A DNA stretch of 64,000 nucleotides from Candidatus Bathyarchaeia archaeon (GTDB lineage Archaea > Thermoproteota > Bathyarchaeia > Bathyarchaeales > DTEX01): positions 47,156 through 111,155 of the forward strand of contig JAWBXB010000003.1 in assembly GCA_038868075.1 (NCBI GenBank). Direction: 5' to 3'. A program made the position numbers and the translations under genes. The notes under the pieces are model-generated. The model had not been told where the DNA came from. It saw only the letters and a list, made by a program, of their open reading frames with translations, and searched no databases. Shown one piece after another: positions 37,587-47,567 of this stretch (positions are counted from its first letter, which is position 1; the number at the start of each line of letters is the position of its first letter).

Positions 37587-39452
37587 ATGATTGAGAGGGA
37601 GCAGCTACGCAATAGGTCATATGACGATAAGAGGATGAGCTTAACTGAGGCGCTAAGTTATATAAAGACTGGAGACCATATCTTCATAGGCTCAGCGTGC
37701 GGCGAGCCTCAATATCTTGTCAGAGGTTTAGTTGAGAAAGCTGACCACCTAGCGGATAATGAGATTCTTCATGTGCATACACTTGGTGTTGCCCCATATG
37801 CTAAGCCAATGTATTCAAATAGGTTCCGTATGAATGCGTTCTTCGTTGGGATTAATACTCGCAAAGCGGTAGCTGAGGGTAGAGCAGATTATACACCAAC
37901 ATTCCTCTTTGATCTACCATACTTAATAAAGAGGGGCATAGTTCAAATCGATGTAGCGCTAATACAGGTTACACCTCCTGATGAGCACGGATTCTGCAGT
38001 CTAGGCGTGTCAGTTGATGTTACGAAAGCTGCTGCTGAAAGAGCTAAGCTTGTTATAGCGCAGGTTAATAGAAGGATGCCCAGGGTTTTAGGAGACAGCT
38101 TCATACATATAAAGGATATTGATATTATTGTTGAGCATGACGAGCCCGTCCTCGAAGCTCCCCGCCCAGAACCAGACATAGTATCAGAGCGCATAGCAAG
38201 ATACGTCTCAGAGCTTATTGAGGATGAATCAACCCTTCAAATAGGGATAGGCAGCATACCTGATGCAATACTAGATTCCTTAGTGGACAAGAAAGATTTA
38301 GGAATACATACGGAGCTGCTGACAGAGGGAGTTGTAGACTTAGTTGAGGAGGGTGTAATAACATGCGCGAAGAAGACGATTAATCGAGGCAAAATAGTAG
38401 CGTCATTCGCTATGGGGACGCGGAAACTCTACGACTTCATAGATAATAACCCAATGGTTGAGTTTCATCCCTCTGATTACGTAAATAACCCATTTATAAT
38501 AAGCCAGCACGACAAGATGATTGCGATAAATCAGGCGCTTGAAGTAGACTTAACTGGACAGGTTTGCTCGGACTCGCTTGGTTACAGGTTCTATAGTGGA
38601 TTGGGCGGGCAGGCAGATTTCATGAGGGGTGCTAGGTTATCTAGAGGCGGAAAGGCTATAACGGTTATACCATCAACCGCTAAGGATGGAAAAATATCGC
38701 GCATAAAAGATTTTCTGACAAAGGGAGCTGGTGTTGTTTTAACTAGGGGTGATGTAGACTACGTGGTTACCGAGTATGGTGTAGCCCATCTTAGGGGTAA
38801 AACTATAAAGGAGAGAGCCTTAGCGCTAATAAGTATTGCAAACCCGAAGTTCAGGAATAAACTGCTTGAGCGGGCTAAAAAGTATCATTATGTTCCCGAG
38901 GAGATTATGCCCTTCCCAGAGATAGAATACCCTGAGGAGCTTCAGCGGCATATTATATTAAAGGATGGCACGAAAGTTCTGCTTAGGCCAATAAAGCCTC
39001 CTGATGCAACCATGAAGCAGCACTTCTTCTATGCACTTTCGAGAGAGAGCATTAAAAGAAGATATTTGAGCTCATTGAATCTCATGCCACTAAGGCGCAT
39101 ATGGCCATATGTAATTGTGGACTATTATAATGAAATGAGTATTGTCGGAACTATAATTGAGGATGGAAATGAGGTTATAGTGGCCATGGGGAGCTACTCA
39201 CGCATACCAAACACTGATATAGCTGAGGTGGCGTTAGTTGTTAGGGATGATTGGCAGAATAAGGGGCTTGGAACAGCACTATTCAATTATCTTGCTGAAA
39301 TTGCCAAAAATCGCGGGATAAAGAAGCTTGCAGCATGGGTTTTACTTGAAAATACAAAAATGATGCATATATTTAGAAAATCTGGCTACCCGCTGAGATA
39401 TAGGGTTGAAGGAAACCTATATTATGTTGAAATAGATTTAAAGAGACCTTAA
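37587..39452 (+). CDS. acetyl-CoA hydrolase/CoA-transferase (4-hydroxybutyrate CoA-transferase-like) fused to a C-terminal Pat-type GNAT domain
   Basis: aa 1-~450 match the CoA-transferase family I fold (GSACGEPQ..., HTELLTEG, GGQADF). aa ~455-621 are GNAT (LLRPIKPPDA...VVRDDWQNKGLGTALFNYLA), paralogous to the GNAT of 19617..22292. Confidence 0.75.
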   Translation: MIEREQLRNRSYDDKRMSLTEALSYIKTGDHIFIGSACGEPQYLVRGLVEKADHLADNEILHVHTLGVAPYAKPMYSNRFRMNAFFVGINTRKAVAEGRADYTPTFLFDLPYLIKRGIVQIDVALIQVTPPDEHGFCSLGVSVDVTKAAAERAKLVIAQVNRRMPRVLGDSFIHIKDIDIIVEHDEPVLEAPRPEPDIVSERIARYVSELIEDESTLQIGIGSIPDAILDSLVDKKDLGIHTELLTEGVVDLVEEGVITCAKKTINRGKIVASFAMGTRKLYDFIDNNPMVEFHPSDYVNNPFIISQHDKMIAINQALEVDLTGQVCSDSLGYRFYSGLGGQADFMRGARLSRGGKAITVIPSTAKDGKISRIKDFLTKGAGVVLTRGDVDYVVTEYGVAHLRGKTIKERALALISIANPKFRNKLLERAKKYHYVPEEIMPFPEIEYPEELQRHIILKDGTKVLLRPIKPPDATMKQHFFYALSRESIKRRYLSSLNLMPLRRIWPYVIVDYYNEMSIVGTIIEDGNEVIVAMGSYSRIPNTDIAEVALVVRDDWQNKGLGTALFNYLAEIAKNRGIKKLAAWVLLENTKMMHIFRKSGYPLRYRVEGNLYYVEIDLKRP

Positions 39453-39461
39453 ATTAGCGAA

Positions 39462-40088
39462 CTATATATTTGTTTTACCTATTTTTTCTTGGGTTTTGAA
39501 TTCCGCCAATATTTTCTCTCTAATCATATCAAAGTGTTCGGGAAGTTTCTGAGGCGGCAAGTTTCTAGCTAAATACTCTGAGAAGAACCTTGAATATTTC
39601 TCATAATCTTCTGATTCCAACATCTCAGCATATTTAGCTATGTGCTCACCGCGTATTCTGGATTCATCAGGCAATATGCTTTCATCATGCGGAACCTCTA
39701 CACCAGCATCCACAAAACCCTTCATAGCAGCGAATACTCCGGCACCCTTAGACGGCGTATGCAATCCTATATCCAGTATAGCCTTTTTAACACCCTTAGC
39801 AGCAGCTCTTAAGCCGCATAATAGTCCAGTTAAATATGCTGCTGAGAGATTGTTTAGACTTCCAAGCCAGCCATATATTTTCCTTAGCTCACAAGAGTGG
39901 GCTGATGTTATCACAATATCGCCTATAACAGTTGCCCTAACAAGCTGTGTAATAATATTTCTTCCAGTCTTTCTAACAACAAGTCTAGGCATTTTTGAAA
40001 TAATAAGTTTCTTTCTAAGCCTATAGTCTGTTTTGCCCTCCCTACGTCTCCTAAATGGGACGCTATATGACGGCCCCTTAGCCATCAT
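39462..40088 (-). CDS. rpl18: 50S ribosomal protein L18 (uL18)
   Basis: MAKGPSYSVPFRRRREGKTDYRLR. Confidence 0.92.
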   Translation of the reverse strand: MMAKGPSYSVPFRRRREGKTDYRLRKKLIISKMPRLVVRKTGRNIITQLVRATVIGDIVITSAHSCELRKIYGWLGSLNNLSAAYLTGLLCGLRAAAKGVKKAILDIGLHTPSKGAGVFAAMKGFVDAGVEVPHDESILPDESRIRGEHIAKYAEMLESEDYEKYSRFFSEYLARNLPPQKLPEHFDMIREKILAEFKTQEKIGKTNI

Positions 40089-40537
40089 CGTCTCCTCCTT
40101 AATCCATGAACCTCAATATAGCGGTGTAAGTCTGAAATAGACTTAAAGACTCCAGCCTTAGCCTTAAGATAAAGCTGCCTATAAACCTTTGTCGTTATAA
40201 TCCGCTTCTCTTTTAGCTCGCGGAGCCTTCTTCTCAGAGCCTTAATCTTCTCAACCCAAACCCTATCCGAATCCATTCTAGCATTCACGGAGCCGCTTCT
40301 ACTACCCACACCTCTACGCCTACCTCTCTTCTTTTTCTCATGGATTATTCTTGCACGAGCCCGGCTAACACCCTTCTCTTTAACCTTCCTTATTACACCT
40401 TCATGTATCAGTCTCTTAATATCCTCCCTAGTTATTGCAGTTTCAACATCCTCAATTCTCTCAGGGTCTATCCAAACTCTTTCTTCGCCAACGCCAAGGA
40501 TTTCAGCAGCCATTCTACGCTGGCTTCTTAAACTCAA
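40085..40537 (-). CDS. rpl19e: 50S ribosomal protein L19e
   Basis: LRSQRRMAAEILGVGEERVWIDP. Confidence 0.92.
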   Translation of the reverse strand: MSLRSQRRMAAEILGVGEERVWIDPERIEDVETAITREDIKRLIHEGVIRKVKEKGVSRARARIIHEKKKRGRRRGVGSRSGSVNARMDSDRVWVEKIKALRRRLRELKEKRIITTKVYRQLYLKAKAGVFKSISDLHRYIEVHGLRRRR

Positions 40538-40552
40538 AATTAAGCACCTCCT

Positions 40553-40993
40553 TTATTGACTAGATTTCTTAGACTTACTGAGCTCAGCTTTTGCAGCCAG
40601 ACCTGGATTTAAAACACGTATACCAAGCTCTCTAGCCTTATTAAGTATCTCAGCCTTCTTCTTTGCTCCAACCCTATGCGCTATTCTTATAGCCTCAGTC
40701 TTAGGATCCACTCCACTTAAATCATCAACATTATAGACTATAACCTCCCTATAAGCCGATGGATGGAGACCTCTAGCGGTTTTAGGCCCCCTATATCCAA
40801 CCTTAACTCTAGCCGGCCATCCCTTAACCTCCTTGCGCATCTTACTATCTATGCCCCTAGGTTTCCTCCAGCCCTCATCAACGCGCACGTAGCGCCAGCT
40901 CTCCTGCCTAACAAAGTCCGGTTTCTTGCTTTTTACCTTCTCCCTTAGCTCAACCATTTTCTCCAGCATTGATCTTTCCTCGCCTGTGCTCAA
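40553..40993 (-). CDS. rpl32e: 50S ribosomal protein L32e
   Basis: KKPDFVRQESWRYVRV..WRKPRGIDSKMR. Confidence 0.9.
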   Translation of the reverse strand: MSTGEERSMLEKMVELREKVKSKKPDFVRQESWRYVRVDEGWRKPRGIDSKMRKEVKGWPARVKVGYRGPKTARGLHPSAYREVIVYNVDDLSGVDPKTEAIRIAHRVGAKKKAEILNKARELGIRVLNPGLAAKAELSKSKKSSQ

Positions 40994-41535
40994 CTAACCA
41001 ATCCCTCCATCTTTTCATAGACATATATGCCATCTAGGAACCTACGTGGATCTCTATCTTTTATCCTTGTCGTCTGCTCTATGTTAGCGGCTGTTTGGCT
41101 AACTTCCTCAATATCTATTCCCTGCACTATTATATCGTCACCCTTAACAATAACCTTTGTGTCGCCAACTATCTTCGCAATCCTTGGAGCCCTTTCACCC
41201 ATGAAATTCTCTATTAAAACTTTGTCTCCGCTGACTTTAACTGATATTGGGAAGTGCGCAAATACGATCTTAAGCTTATACGTGAAGCCCTTAGTAACAC
41301 CCCTAATCATATTCCTAATATGAGCTGCAACTGTTCCAACACAAGCCTTCTCCTTCTTTCTAGGCCATAAAGCTGAGATCTCAATCTCATTATTTGAAGC
41401 CTGTATTGTTACCGGATGCTTAGAGAAATCCCTAATTAAACGACCCTTTTCCCCTATAACTTCTACGATCTTCCCATTTATGTTAACTTTAACACCCTCG
41501 GGAATCTTGATTTTTCTGATCTCAATCTCCTGCAT
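40990..41535 (-). CDS. rpl6: 50S ribosomal protein L6 (uL6)
   Basis: Two-domain L6 pattern, in the operon position between S8 and L32e. Confidence 0.9.
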   Translation of the reverse strand: MQEIEIRKIKIPEGVKVNINGKIVEVIGEKGRLIRDFSKHPVTIQASNNEIEISALWPRKKEKACVGTVAAHIRNMIRGVTKGFTYKLKIVFAHFPISVKVSGDKVLIENFMGERAPRIAKIVGDTKVIVKGDDIIVQGIDIEEVSQTAANIEQTTRIKDRDPRRFLDGIYVYEKMEGLVS

Positions 41536-41560
41536 TACACTTATCTCTCCATCAATTATT

Positions 41561-41950
41561 TCAATAAACGTACGCTAGCAGCTTCCCTCCAATATTTCTC
41601 TTCTTAGCTTCCAAATGAGACATAACGCCCTGAGATGTTGTAACAATAAGTATACCCATATCCTTAGCTGGAAGATAAGTTTTCTCCCAATTTTCAAGAT
41701 CTTTAGCCTTGAAAGAGTATCTCGGTCTTATGGCTCCACACCTATTTATTCTACCTAAAAGCTGAACCCTGAATTTACCAGTTCTACCGTCGTCAATAAA
41801 TTCGATCTCGCCAATATATCCACTCATCTGCATAACCCTAAGCACATTACCCAAAAGCTTTGAGGCTGGGGTTATATAACATTCCTTCTTCCGCCTCATT
41901 TCATTATTAAAAATTGTTGTTAAACCATTTGCTATGGTGTCCAAATTCAT
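41561..41950 (-). CDS. rps8: 30S ribosomal protein S8 (uS8)
   Basis: [21 protein letters not shown]...[13 protein letters not shown]. Confidence 0.92.
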   Translation of the reverse strand: MNLDTIANGLTTIFNNEMRRKKECYITPASKLLGNVLRVMQMSGYIGEIEFIDDGRTGKFRVQLLGRINRCGAIRPRYSFKAKDLENWEKTYLPAKDMGILIVTTSQGVMSHLEAKKRNIGGKLLAYVY

Positions 41951-41964
41951 CTTATCACCTCAAC

Positions 41965-42132
41965 TCAATTATATTTTTTGAAACCTAGCTTCTCGGCTAC
42001 TTCCCTGAAGCAGTGGCGGCAGAGGTTTAACCCATATTTCCTTATTATCGGTCCATAGGAACCGCATCTCCGACATGGTCTACTACCTTTACCGAACTTC
42101 CTCACTTTTTTCTGTTGTTTTTCAGAGTTCAC
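41965..42132 (-). CDS. rps14: 30S ribosomal protein S14 type Z (uS14), 55 aa; not in the ORF track (<60 aa)
   Basis: My translation: [55 protein letters not shown], with CxxC...CxxC zinc motifs. The GTG start overlaps the rpl5 stop (GTGA). Confidence 0.88.
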   Translation of the reverse strand: MNSEKQQKKVRKFGKGSRPCRRCGSYGPIIRKYGLNLCRHCFREVAEKLGFKKYN

Positions 42133-42722
42133 TTTTTTCTCCCCCTTCTAGGTTTCTTCTCCCTCTTCTCTTCAGTTATTTCGACACCAAACTCATCAAT
42201 CATAAATGCCATAGCCTCTCCAGCAGTTAACCTATGCTTTAAGCCAATTTTAGATCTTGCCCTACGCCTATATTTAATTCTGTAACCGGGCCTACATAAG
42301 GATACACAGATATCCATACCTATTATGCCTAAGTCAGGCGAATACCTTGCGCCTGGAATATCTATATGCTCACTTATGCCGAAGGAGAAGTTTCCAAACT
42401 TATCGAATGAGGCTGCTGGAATCCTATTATTGATAGCTTCTAGGGTTCTCTTCAAAAATTCCACAGCTTTTTTACCCCTAAGCGTCACTAAGCATGCTAT
42501 AGGTTCTTTTCGTCTTATCCCAAAATCCCTAATTGTCTTTTTAGCCTTTCTAAAGCATGGTTTCTGCCCCGTTAACTCCTCAAGTATCTTCATTGCCTTC
42601 TCTAATGGTTCACCGGATTTTCCAACGGAGACATTGACAACTACCTTTTCAATTCTAGGTTTAAGCATTGGGTTTTCCTGCCACTTAGCTCTAAAGTCTT
42701 CGATTGATTTAGCTGACAGCAT
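42129..42722 (-). CDS. rpl5: 50S ribosomal protein L5 (uL5)
   Basis: [22 protein letters not shown]. Start taken at the internal ATG (MLSAKS), overlapping the rps4e end by 14 nt. Confidence 0.9.
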   Translation of the reverse strand: MLSAKSIEDFRAKWQENPMLKPRIEKVVVNVSVGKSGEPLEKAMKILEELTGQKPCFRKAKKTIRDFGIRRKEPIACLVTLRGKKAVEFLKRTLEAINNRIPAASFDKFGNFSFGISEHIDIPGARYSPDLGIIGMDICVSLCRPGYRIKYRRRARSKIGLKHRLTAGEAMAFMIDEFGVEITEEKREKKPRRGRKK

Positions 42723-43491
42723 AGGCTTCCTCCAAACTGTGCAAGGATATTCTTGGGCTGCTATCACCTATAACAAATATGTAATCCAGTATAGTCTGGT
42801 ATATTGCTCCGCTTTTATCCTCTATCGATACTAAGCTCCTACGTCTCTTCTGCCCTTCTCGGATCTCAATGGATTTAATTATCCCGTATTTTCCAATATT
42901 CTCCCCATCAGCGATTATAGCCATCATACCATTATCTAATTTTAGATGTTCAAGAATCTCTTGGTTTGGTAAGCCTATCTTCAATGTGTCAAGTGTCCGA
43001 TAAATGTTCCCAGCGGGATTACTTGGATCTTCACTGCGAATCAAAATGTTTCTACCATCATGAAGATTAAGCTGAATATGACCACCATCAACAACAGTCT
43101 TATTTTCAATTCTACAGATTTTATATTTCGCTTCTTCCTCACCTATTTTAAATAGGGTCAGACCCTTCTCACATGGAAGAACCCTATAATTTGCGTTAAT
43201 CTCCGGTATTGAGACAACATCCATTAACCCGATTGGAAAATGTTCATCACGTCTAATTCTTCCATCAACAAGGATCTTGCCTTGAGAAATTATCTTCTTA
43301 GCTTCCCTCATAGTTTTAGCAAAACCTAAAAGGTCACGTACAACAATACCTAGGGGCATGCAACGCTCAATTGGATGGGAACCTGGACTAGGCTTTAAAG
43401 CCCAAACAAACTTCTTTCTGTGTATAGGCCAGAATACAGGTGTTACTTCACGCTTAAGGTGTCTGCTACCACCCATCTTACCCATTCTCAT
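42709..43491 (-). CDS. rps4e: 30S ribosomal protein S4e
   Basis: [21 protein letters not shown]. Confidence 0.92.
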   Translation of the reverse strand: MRMGKMGGSRHLKREVTPVFWPIHRKKFVWALKPSPGSHPIERCMPLGIVVRDLLGFAKTMREAKKIISQGKILVDGRIRRDEHFPIGLMDVVSIPEINANYRVLPCEKGLTLFKIGEEEAKYKICRIENKTVVDGGHIQLNLHDGRNILIRSEDPSNPAGNIYRTLDTLKIGLPNQEILEHLKLDNGMMAIIADGENIGKYGIIKSIEIREGQKRRRSLVSIEDKSGAIYQTILDYIFVIGDSSPRISLHSLEEAYAVS

Positions 43492-43937
43492 ACACCTTCA
43501 ATATTAGTTGATGTTTGAACCATAGGCTCAGCCTCTTTTTCCAAGACCCCTTTAACTTCTTTTGCCTCCTCAATAAGGCCTCTTCTCTCTAATATCTTTT
43601 TCCTAAACTTATCATCTAGATTTAAGCGTATTATTTCAACTTTAGATGAATGAATGGGGATAAACACGGTCGACCCATCCGCCTTCTCGCGGGTTATGCC
43701 TTCAATAAATATCCGGAATTTCTTTCTATCAACCCTTATAACTTTCCCCTCAACACCTTTATAGTCTCCTCTAAGAACCCTAACTGTATCGCCCCTCCTA
43801 ATAGGGATGGATCTTGTCCTATATAATTTCCGCAATTCAGATGATAGGTGCGCCGAAAGAATCTTGCCTCGTATATGATATGGTGCTTGAAAAAGCCTTT
43901 TCCTCTGTTTACTTGGCTTAATAGTTTTGCTCTTCAT
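43488..43937 (-). CDS. rpl24: 50S ribosomal protein L24 (uL24)
   Basis: [24 protein letters not shown] motif. Confidence 0.9.
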   Translation of the reverse strand: MKSKTIKPSKQRKRLFQAPYHIRGKILSAHLSSELRKLYRTRSIPIRRGDTVRVLRGDYKGVEGKVIRVDRKKFRIFIEGITREKADGSTVFIPIHSSKVEIIRLNLDDKFRKKILERRGLIEEAKEVKGVLEKEAEPMVQTSTNIEGV

Positions 43938-43949
43938 ATACCAGTCCCC

Positions 43950-44399
43950 TCATATTATTATACTAGCAGCGCTAGCTATTCTAGGCCACCTCTCAGCAGC
44001 CTCTCTGGCAACCGGACCATGAATCTCTGAACCGCGCATCTCACCATCGGGTGTTATTATGACGGCAGCATTATCCTCAAATTGAACCCATATACCCTCT
44101 GGGCGCCTGTAGGGTTTCCTCTGCCTAACTATAACTGCGTGGAAAAGTTTCTTTCGCATATCAGGCGTCCCCTTTCTAACAGAGACTATAACTATGTCGC
44201 CCACTGATGCCGCCGGAACCCTTCTATGCCTACCCTTATATCCTACAACTTGAACTAACCTAAGCACTTTAGCTCCAGAGTTATCAGTGCACTTAATTAG
44301 TGATCCTACATTTACTCCTCTGCTAATCCTCATCTTTGGCTTTCCAACACCCTTAGCCTGTAAACCCCTAGTCTTCGCCTTGGCAGCCATTAAAATCAC
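43950..44399 (-). CDS. rpl14: 50S ribosomal protein L14 (uL14)
   Basis: LIKCTDNSGAKVLRLVQV...GDIVIVSVRKG. Confidence 0.92.
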   Translation of the reverse strand: MILMAAKAKTRGLQAKGVGKPKMRISRGVNVGSLIKCTDNSGAKVLRLVQVVGYKGRHRRVPAASVGDIVIVSVRKGTPDMRKKLFHAVIVRQRKPYRRPEGIWVQFEDNAAVIITPDGEMRGSEIHGPVAREAAERWPRIASAASIII

Positions 44400-44719
44400 T
44401 TCTCCACCTTCTCTATTACTACAAATGAGACAGTTTTACTTATAGGTCTGCATTCAGCTATCTTGACAAAATCATTTTCAGCCGCTTTAATGCATGGTGG
44501 ATTATGGGCTGGTATTCGGCTATGTCTCCGCTCATAACGCTTATACTTAGGCACATATTTAACATAATCACGTCTAACGATGACTGTTTTATCCATTTTA
44601 GCACTAACAACTATACCCTCAAGTATTCTACCCCTAATTTTTAGGGAACCATGGAAGGGGCAATTCGGGTCATCACATGTTTTCTCAGGCTTTTTAACGG
44701 ATTCGAGCGACATTACCAA
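44396..44719 (-). CDS. rps17: 30S ribosomal protein S17 (uS17)
   Basis: CDDPNCPFHGSLKIRGRILEGIVVSAKMDKTVIV. Confidence 0.92.
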   Translation of the reverse strand: MVMSLESVKKPEKTCDDPNCPFHGSLKIRGRILEGIVVSAKMDKTVIVRRDYVKYVPKYKRYERRHSRIPAHNPPCIKAAENDFVKIAECRPISKTVSFVVIEKVEK

Positions 44720-45012
44720 CGTCTCCTAGTTATTTTCTTAACCCTATCTTCAGGTCGACCAATTAAAACTTTACCATCAATTTCAATAACAGTTTTATTC
44801 GGCAGAGTAAAATGAAAAACACAATCCCCCTTAATTAATGTTTTCTCTTCACCATTCTCACATAGAATTTTAAATGTATTCCTAGTTTCATCAATAACTC
44901 TACCGGATAAACCAATACAACTTGGGTTTTTACATTTGATAACCTTAAGTTTTAATCCAATAAATTCATCCTGTATAATGTAGGACATGTTCTTCATCTT
45001 ATTTAGCCCCAC
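44713..45012 (-). CDS. rnp1: RNase P protein component 1 (Rpp29/Pop4)
   Basis: Sm-like fold motif GLSGRVIDETRNTF, in the canonical position between L29 and S17. Confidence 0.85.
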   Translation of the reverse strand: MGLNKMKNMSYIIQDEFIGLKLKVIKCKNPSCIGLSGRVIDETRNTFKILCENGEEKTLIKGDCVFHFTLPNKTVIEIDGKVLIGRPEDRVKKITRRRW

Positions 45013-45208
45013 TCATCTCCTCATTATTAACTGTTAGGATGCGCGCTATTGTCCGCCTAATCTCTCGAATTCTAGCTGGCTTCTCAATGGTGCCGCCCGC
45101 TTTAACCATAGTTCTTAACCTAGCAAGCTCAACGCGTAATTCATTAAGTCTCTTCTCCCGCTCCTCACGGGACATATTTCTAATCTCTTTTATCCTAAGA
45201 ATCGCCAA
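44999..45208 (-). CDS. rpl29: 50S ribosomal protein L29 (uL29)
   Basis: LRIKEIRNMSREEREKRLNELRVELARLR. Confidence 0.9.
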   Translation of the reverse strand: MAILRIKEIRNMSREEREKRLNELRVELARLRTMVKAGGTIEKPARIREIRRTIARILTVNNEEMSGAK

Positions 45209-45226
45209 TTTACAGCGCCTCCCAAA

Positions 45227-45838
45227 CTAGGATTGATCCTTAGCTTCCTCAACGAATTTTACCTGATCTGGGAAACTAGATTCCGGCGAAACTATAAGGA
45301 CTTTAACGCCAAATATTCCGGGCTTCAGCTGAACATGTGTAACCGCCTTCTTAACATATTTCATAGCTGGCTCCCCGCTTTTAGGTATATATCCATCCCG
45401 GAATTTCTCAGCTCTAGCCCGCTCAGTTCTAAGTTTACCACTTATAATTATCTCAGCTCCAAGCGCGCCAGCGCTCATTATCTGATTTAAAGCCCAGAAG
45501 CCAACCCTTCTAAAATGAACACCACGTCTAAGAGCAGCCGCTATTCTAGATGCCATAACATATGGGTTTAATTCTGGAACCTCTATTTCCGCGACGGATA
45601 TTTGTGGATTTGGAAGATTAAATTTCTCCTCTAAGACCTTAGCAAGATTCTTTATTGTTTCCCCGCCTCGCCCTATTACAAAACCTGGGCGCATAGCATA
45701 TATGACTATGTTTGTTCCCAAGGGAGTCTTAGTTATAGTGACACCGCCATAACCAGCCTTCTCAAACTCTTTCCAAAGAAACTCATCTATTTCAGCTTTC
45801 CTAATGGATTCGCTCATGAAATGCTTAATGTAGGACAT
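45227..45838 (-). CDS. rps3: 30S ribosomal protein S3 (uS3)
   Basis: KH domain GFVIGRGGETIKNL. Confidence 0.92.
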   Translation of the reverse strand: MSYIKHFMSESIRKAEIDEFLWKEFEKAGYGGVTITKTPLGTNIVIYAMRPGFVIGRGGETIKNLAKVLEEKFNLPNPQISVAEIEVPELNPYVMASRIAAALRRGVHFRRVGFWALNQIMSAGALGAEIIISGKLRTERARAEKFRDGYIPKSGEPAMKYVKKAVTHVQLKPGIFGVKVLIVSPESSFPDQVKFVEEAKDQS

Positions 45839-45841
45839 AAC

Positions 45842-46312
45842 TTATTCCCCCTTCATCTCTTCGAGGACTATTTCGACGTGACATAATGTCTCAAACTTAG
45901 GCGTTGCCCTACTAAAAGCTCTAGGAATATACCTCCTTATTTTGGCGCCTGGATATGCAGCTGCATGAATTATTCTTAGCTTTTCAACATTAAGCCCCTT
46001 GTACTCAGCATTCGCTTCAGCACTCTCAAGAACCTCAAGTATCCTTGAAGCCGCCTTAACGGGATACCTACCAGCCATAGCATTCTGTAATCCTCTTCTA
46101 TGTGGAAGCTTCTTCTTATAACGTTTGAATGGAACCGCCTTCCTCTTCAAAATTACTTGCCTCAGATATTCCTTCGCCTCATCCAGCATCATACCTTTTA
46201 TAGCGGCGCAAATTTCTCTAGCAGCTTTAGGCGATATTCTAAGCTCCCTACCACTTGCTTTAGCGGTGGTAGCAGGATCCAGATCAGTTATTGAATATCC
46301 CCATTCAGGCAA
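45842..46312 (-). CDS. rpl22: 50S ribosomal protein L22 (uL22)
   Basis: PEWGYSITD...ISPKAAREI...GRYPVKAA...NAEYKGL. Start moved to TTG 46312, 6 nt after GGTGAG. The track's 30-aa N-terminal extension has no family counterpart. Confidence 0.88.
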   Translation of the reverse strand: MPEWGYSITDLDPATTAKASGRELRISPKAAREICAAIKGMMLDEAKEYLRQVILKRKAVPFKRYKKKLPHRRGLQNAMAGRYPVKAASRILEVLESAEANAEYKGLNVEKLRIIHAAAYPGAKIRRYIPRAFSRATPKFETLCHVEIVLEEMKGE

Positions 46313-46416
46313 AGACCGCTCACCATTTGGTGAAAAACAAAATGCATAGTAATTTATAAGAGTTTTCCCAGAGCATACATAAAACAAGAGTTGAGTAAAC
46401 ATTGTTTTAAGCAGTT

Positions 46417-46701
46417 TTATCCTCCACCAATAACGGTCATGAGGGCTAAGGTATCACCGTCCTTAAGTTTAATATTATTCCCAGATGCTAAGTTTACTGC
46501 CAATCCATTTAGGGTCACTATTAATGTTGGATCAATAGGGCTCTCACCGAGACTGCTAACCATATCTTTAAGCGCACCATGCTCTCCAATAATTTTGAGG
46601 ATGAGGTCTCTAAGGAAAGCATTATCCTCTAGTTCAAACTCTTCCTCACTTCGTCCAACTTTATGTCTTACAACACCTAAATAAATGACCTTAACTCTCA
46701 T
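46417..46701 (-). CDS. MoaD/ThiS-family ubiquitin-like beta-grasp protein ending in Gly-Gly (SAMP-like)
   Basis: 94 aa. The C-terminus ...KDGDTLALMTVIGGG-stop is typical of MoaD/ThiS/SAMP. Confidence 0.65.
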   Translation of the reverse strand: MRVKVIYLGVVRHKVGRSEEEFELEDNAFLRDLILKIIGEHGALKDMVSSLGESPIDPTLIVTLNGLAVNLASGNNIKLKDGDTLALMTVIGGG

Positions 46702-47009
46702 GAAACCTCAAAAAGACTTAACTGAAAAATTGATTTAAACTTTACTTATCTTTTCTTTTTTAAATTATTAGTTGCAGCTGATGAAACTATACAGGATATC
46801 TGGTAAATCGCAATATTTACTCATATTTAACCCTAAAAGGTTCTTGGGAATTTTCATTTTAAGTGGAAACCAATATTCCTACATATGTTATTTTAAATTT
46901 TTCTATCAGAAAATATCTTTACTCCCGATGAAAAATCAAGAAAAATGTATATCACCTTTTTATACCCCGCATATAATATTTTGTCTTAGACAGTTAAGAG
47001 GTTCGGGTA

Positions 47010-47561
47010 TTGTCTCAGGAGAATAATATTTCATCAAATATTGAGTATTCAGATTTCATGTTTGAGAATAGTTTTGTTACAGTTATTGCCACAAAGAGTT
47101 CGCCTAAAATTGATCTGGCCGGTTTTTCAATAGGTCCTTTTGAGGAGGGACATGAGTATGAGGTTAGATTCTGGGTTGCCCGTGAACTTGAAAAGGATGG
47201 AATAGTTAAGATTAAGGAGGGTGCTTTAGATGCTGCTAAACTTTATAAGATCCAATGGACCGAACGCATACAAGCCGTTGGGCAGCTATCTTCTTTACCA
47301 GAAGACTTTTATCCTAGACTTAGACGCTTAATTAATGAATTAAAGGCGGTTTCTAGAGTAAGTCCTGAAAAGATGAGAGAATACGAGTATGTCCAAAACC
47401 TCGCGCAAGATATAGTCAACTGTAGACTTAGGAAAATAATAACGTTGGCTTCACTTTCAGCTCCAGAAAGCCATATTTTAAAGAGTCTCACACCCGAGGA
47501 GCGTGATTTATACGAGCGGATACGTCAAATCATAATAGAGTGGAGGGCTAAGATAGTTTAG
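47010..47561 (+). CDS. GINS complex subunit (Gins23-like domain order)
   Basis: N-terminal beta-rich domain (GPFEEGHEYEVRFWVARELEKDGIVKI), then a helical domain. Immediately upstream of mcm. Confidence 0.7.
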   Translation: MSQENNISSNIEYSDFMFENSFVTVIATKSSPKIDLAGFSIGPFEEGHEYEVRFWVARELEKDGIVKIKEGALDAAKLYKIQWTERIQAVGQLSSLPEDFYPRLRRLINELKAVSRVSPEKMREYEYVQNLAQDIVNCRLRKIITLASLSAPESHILKSLTPEERDLYERIRQIIIEWRAKIV

Positions 47562-47567
47562 CCATTA

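Noticed and set aside
46313-46402. 30-aa N-terminal extension of L22 (MFTQLLFYVCSGK...)
   Set aside because: It has no counterpart in the uL22 family and contains a TATA-like box. An SD plus TTG at 46312 gives the canonical PEWGYS N-terminus.
46702-47009. AT-rich 300-nt divergent spacer upstream of GINS-MCM as a replication origin; AAGTGGAAACC at ~46860-46870 resembles an ORB core
   Set aside because: There is only one ORB-like copy, no inverted or repeated ORB elements, and no adjacent orc1/cdc6. It is more simply two divergent promoters. A genome-wide skew or ORB search would be needed.
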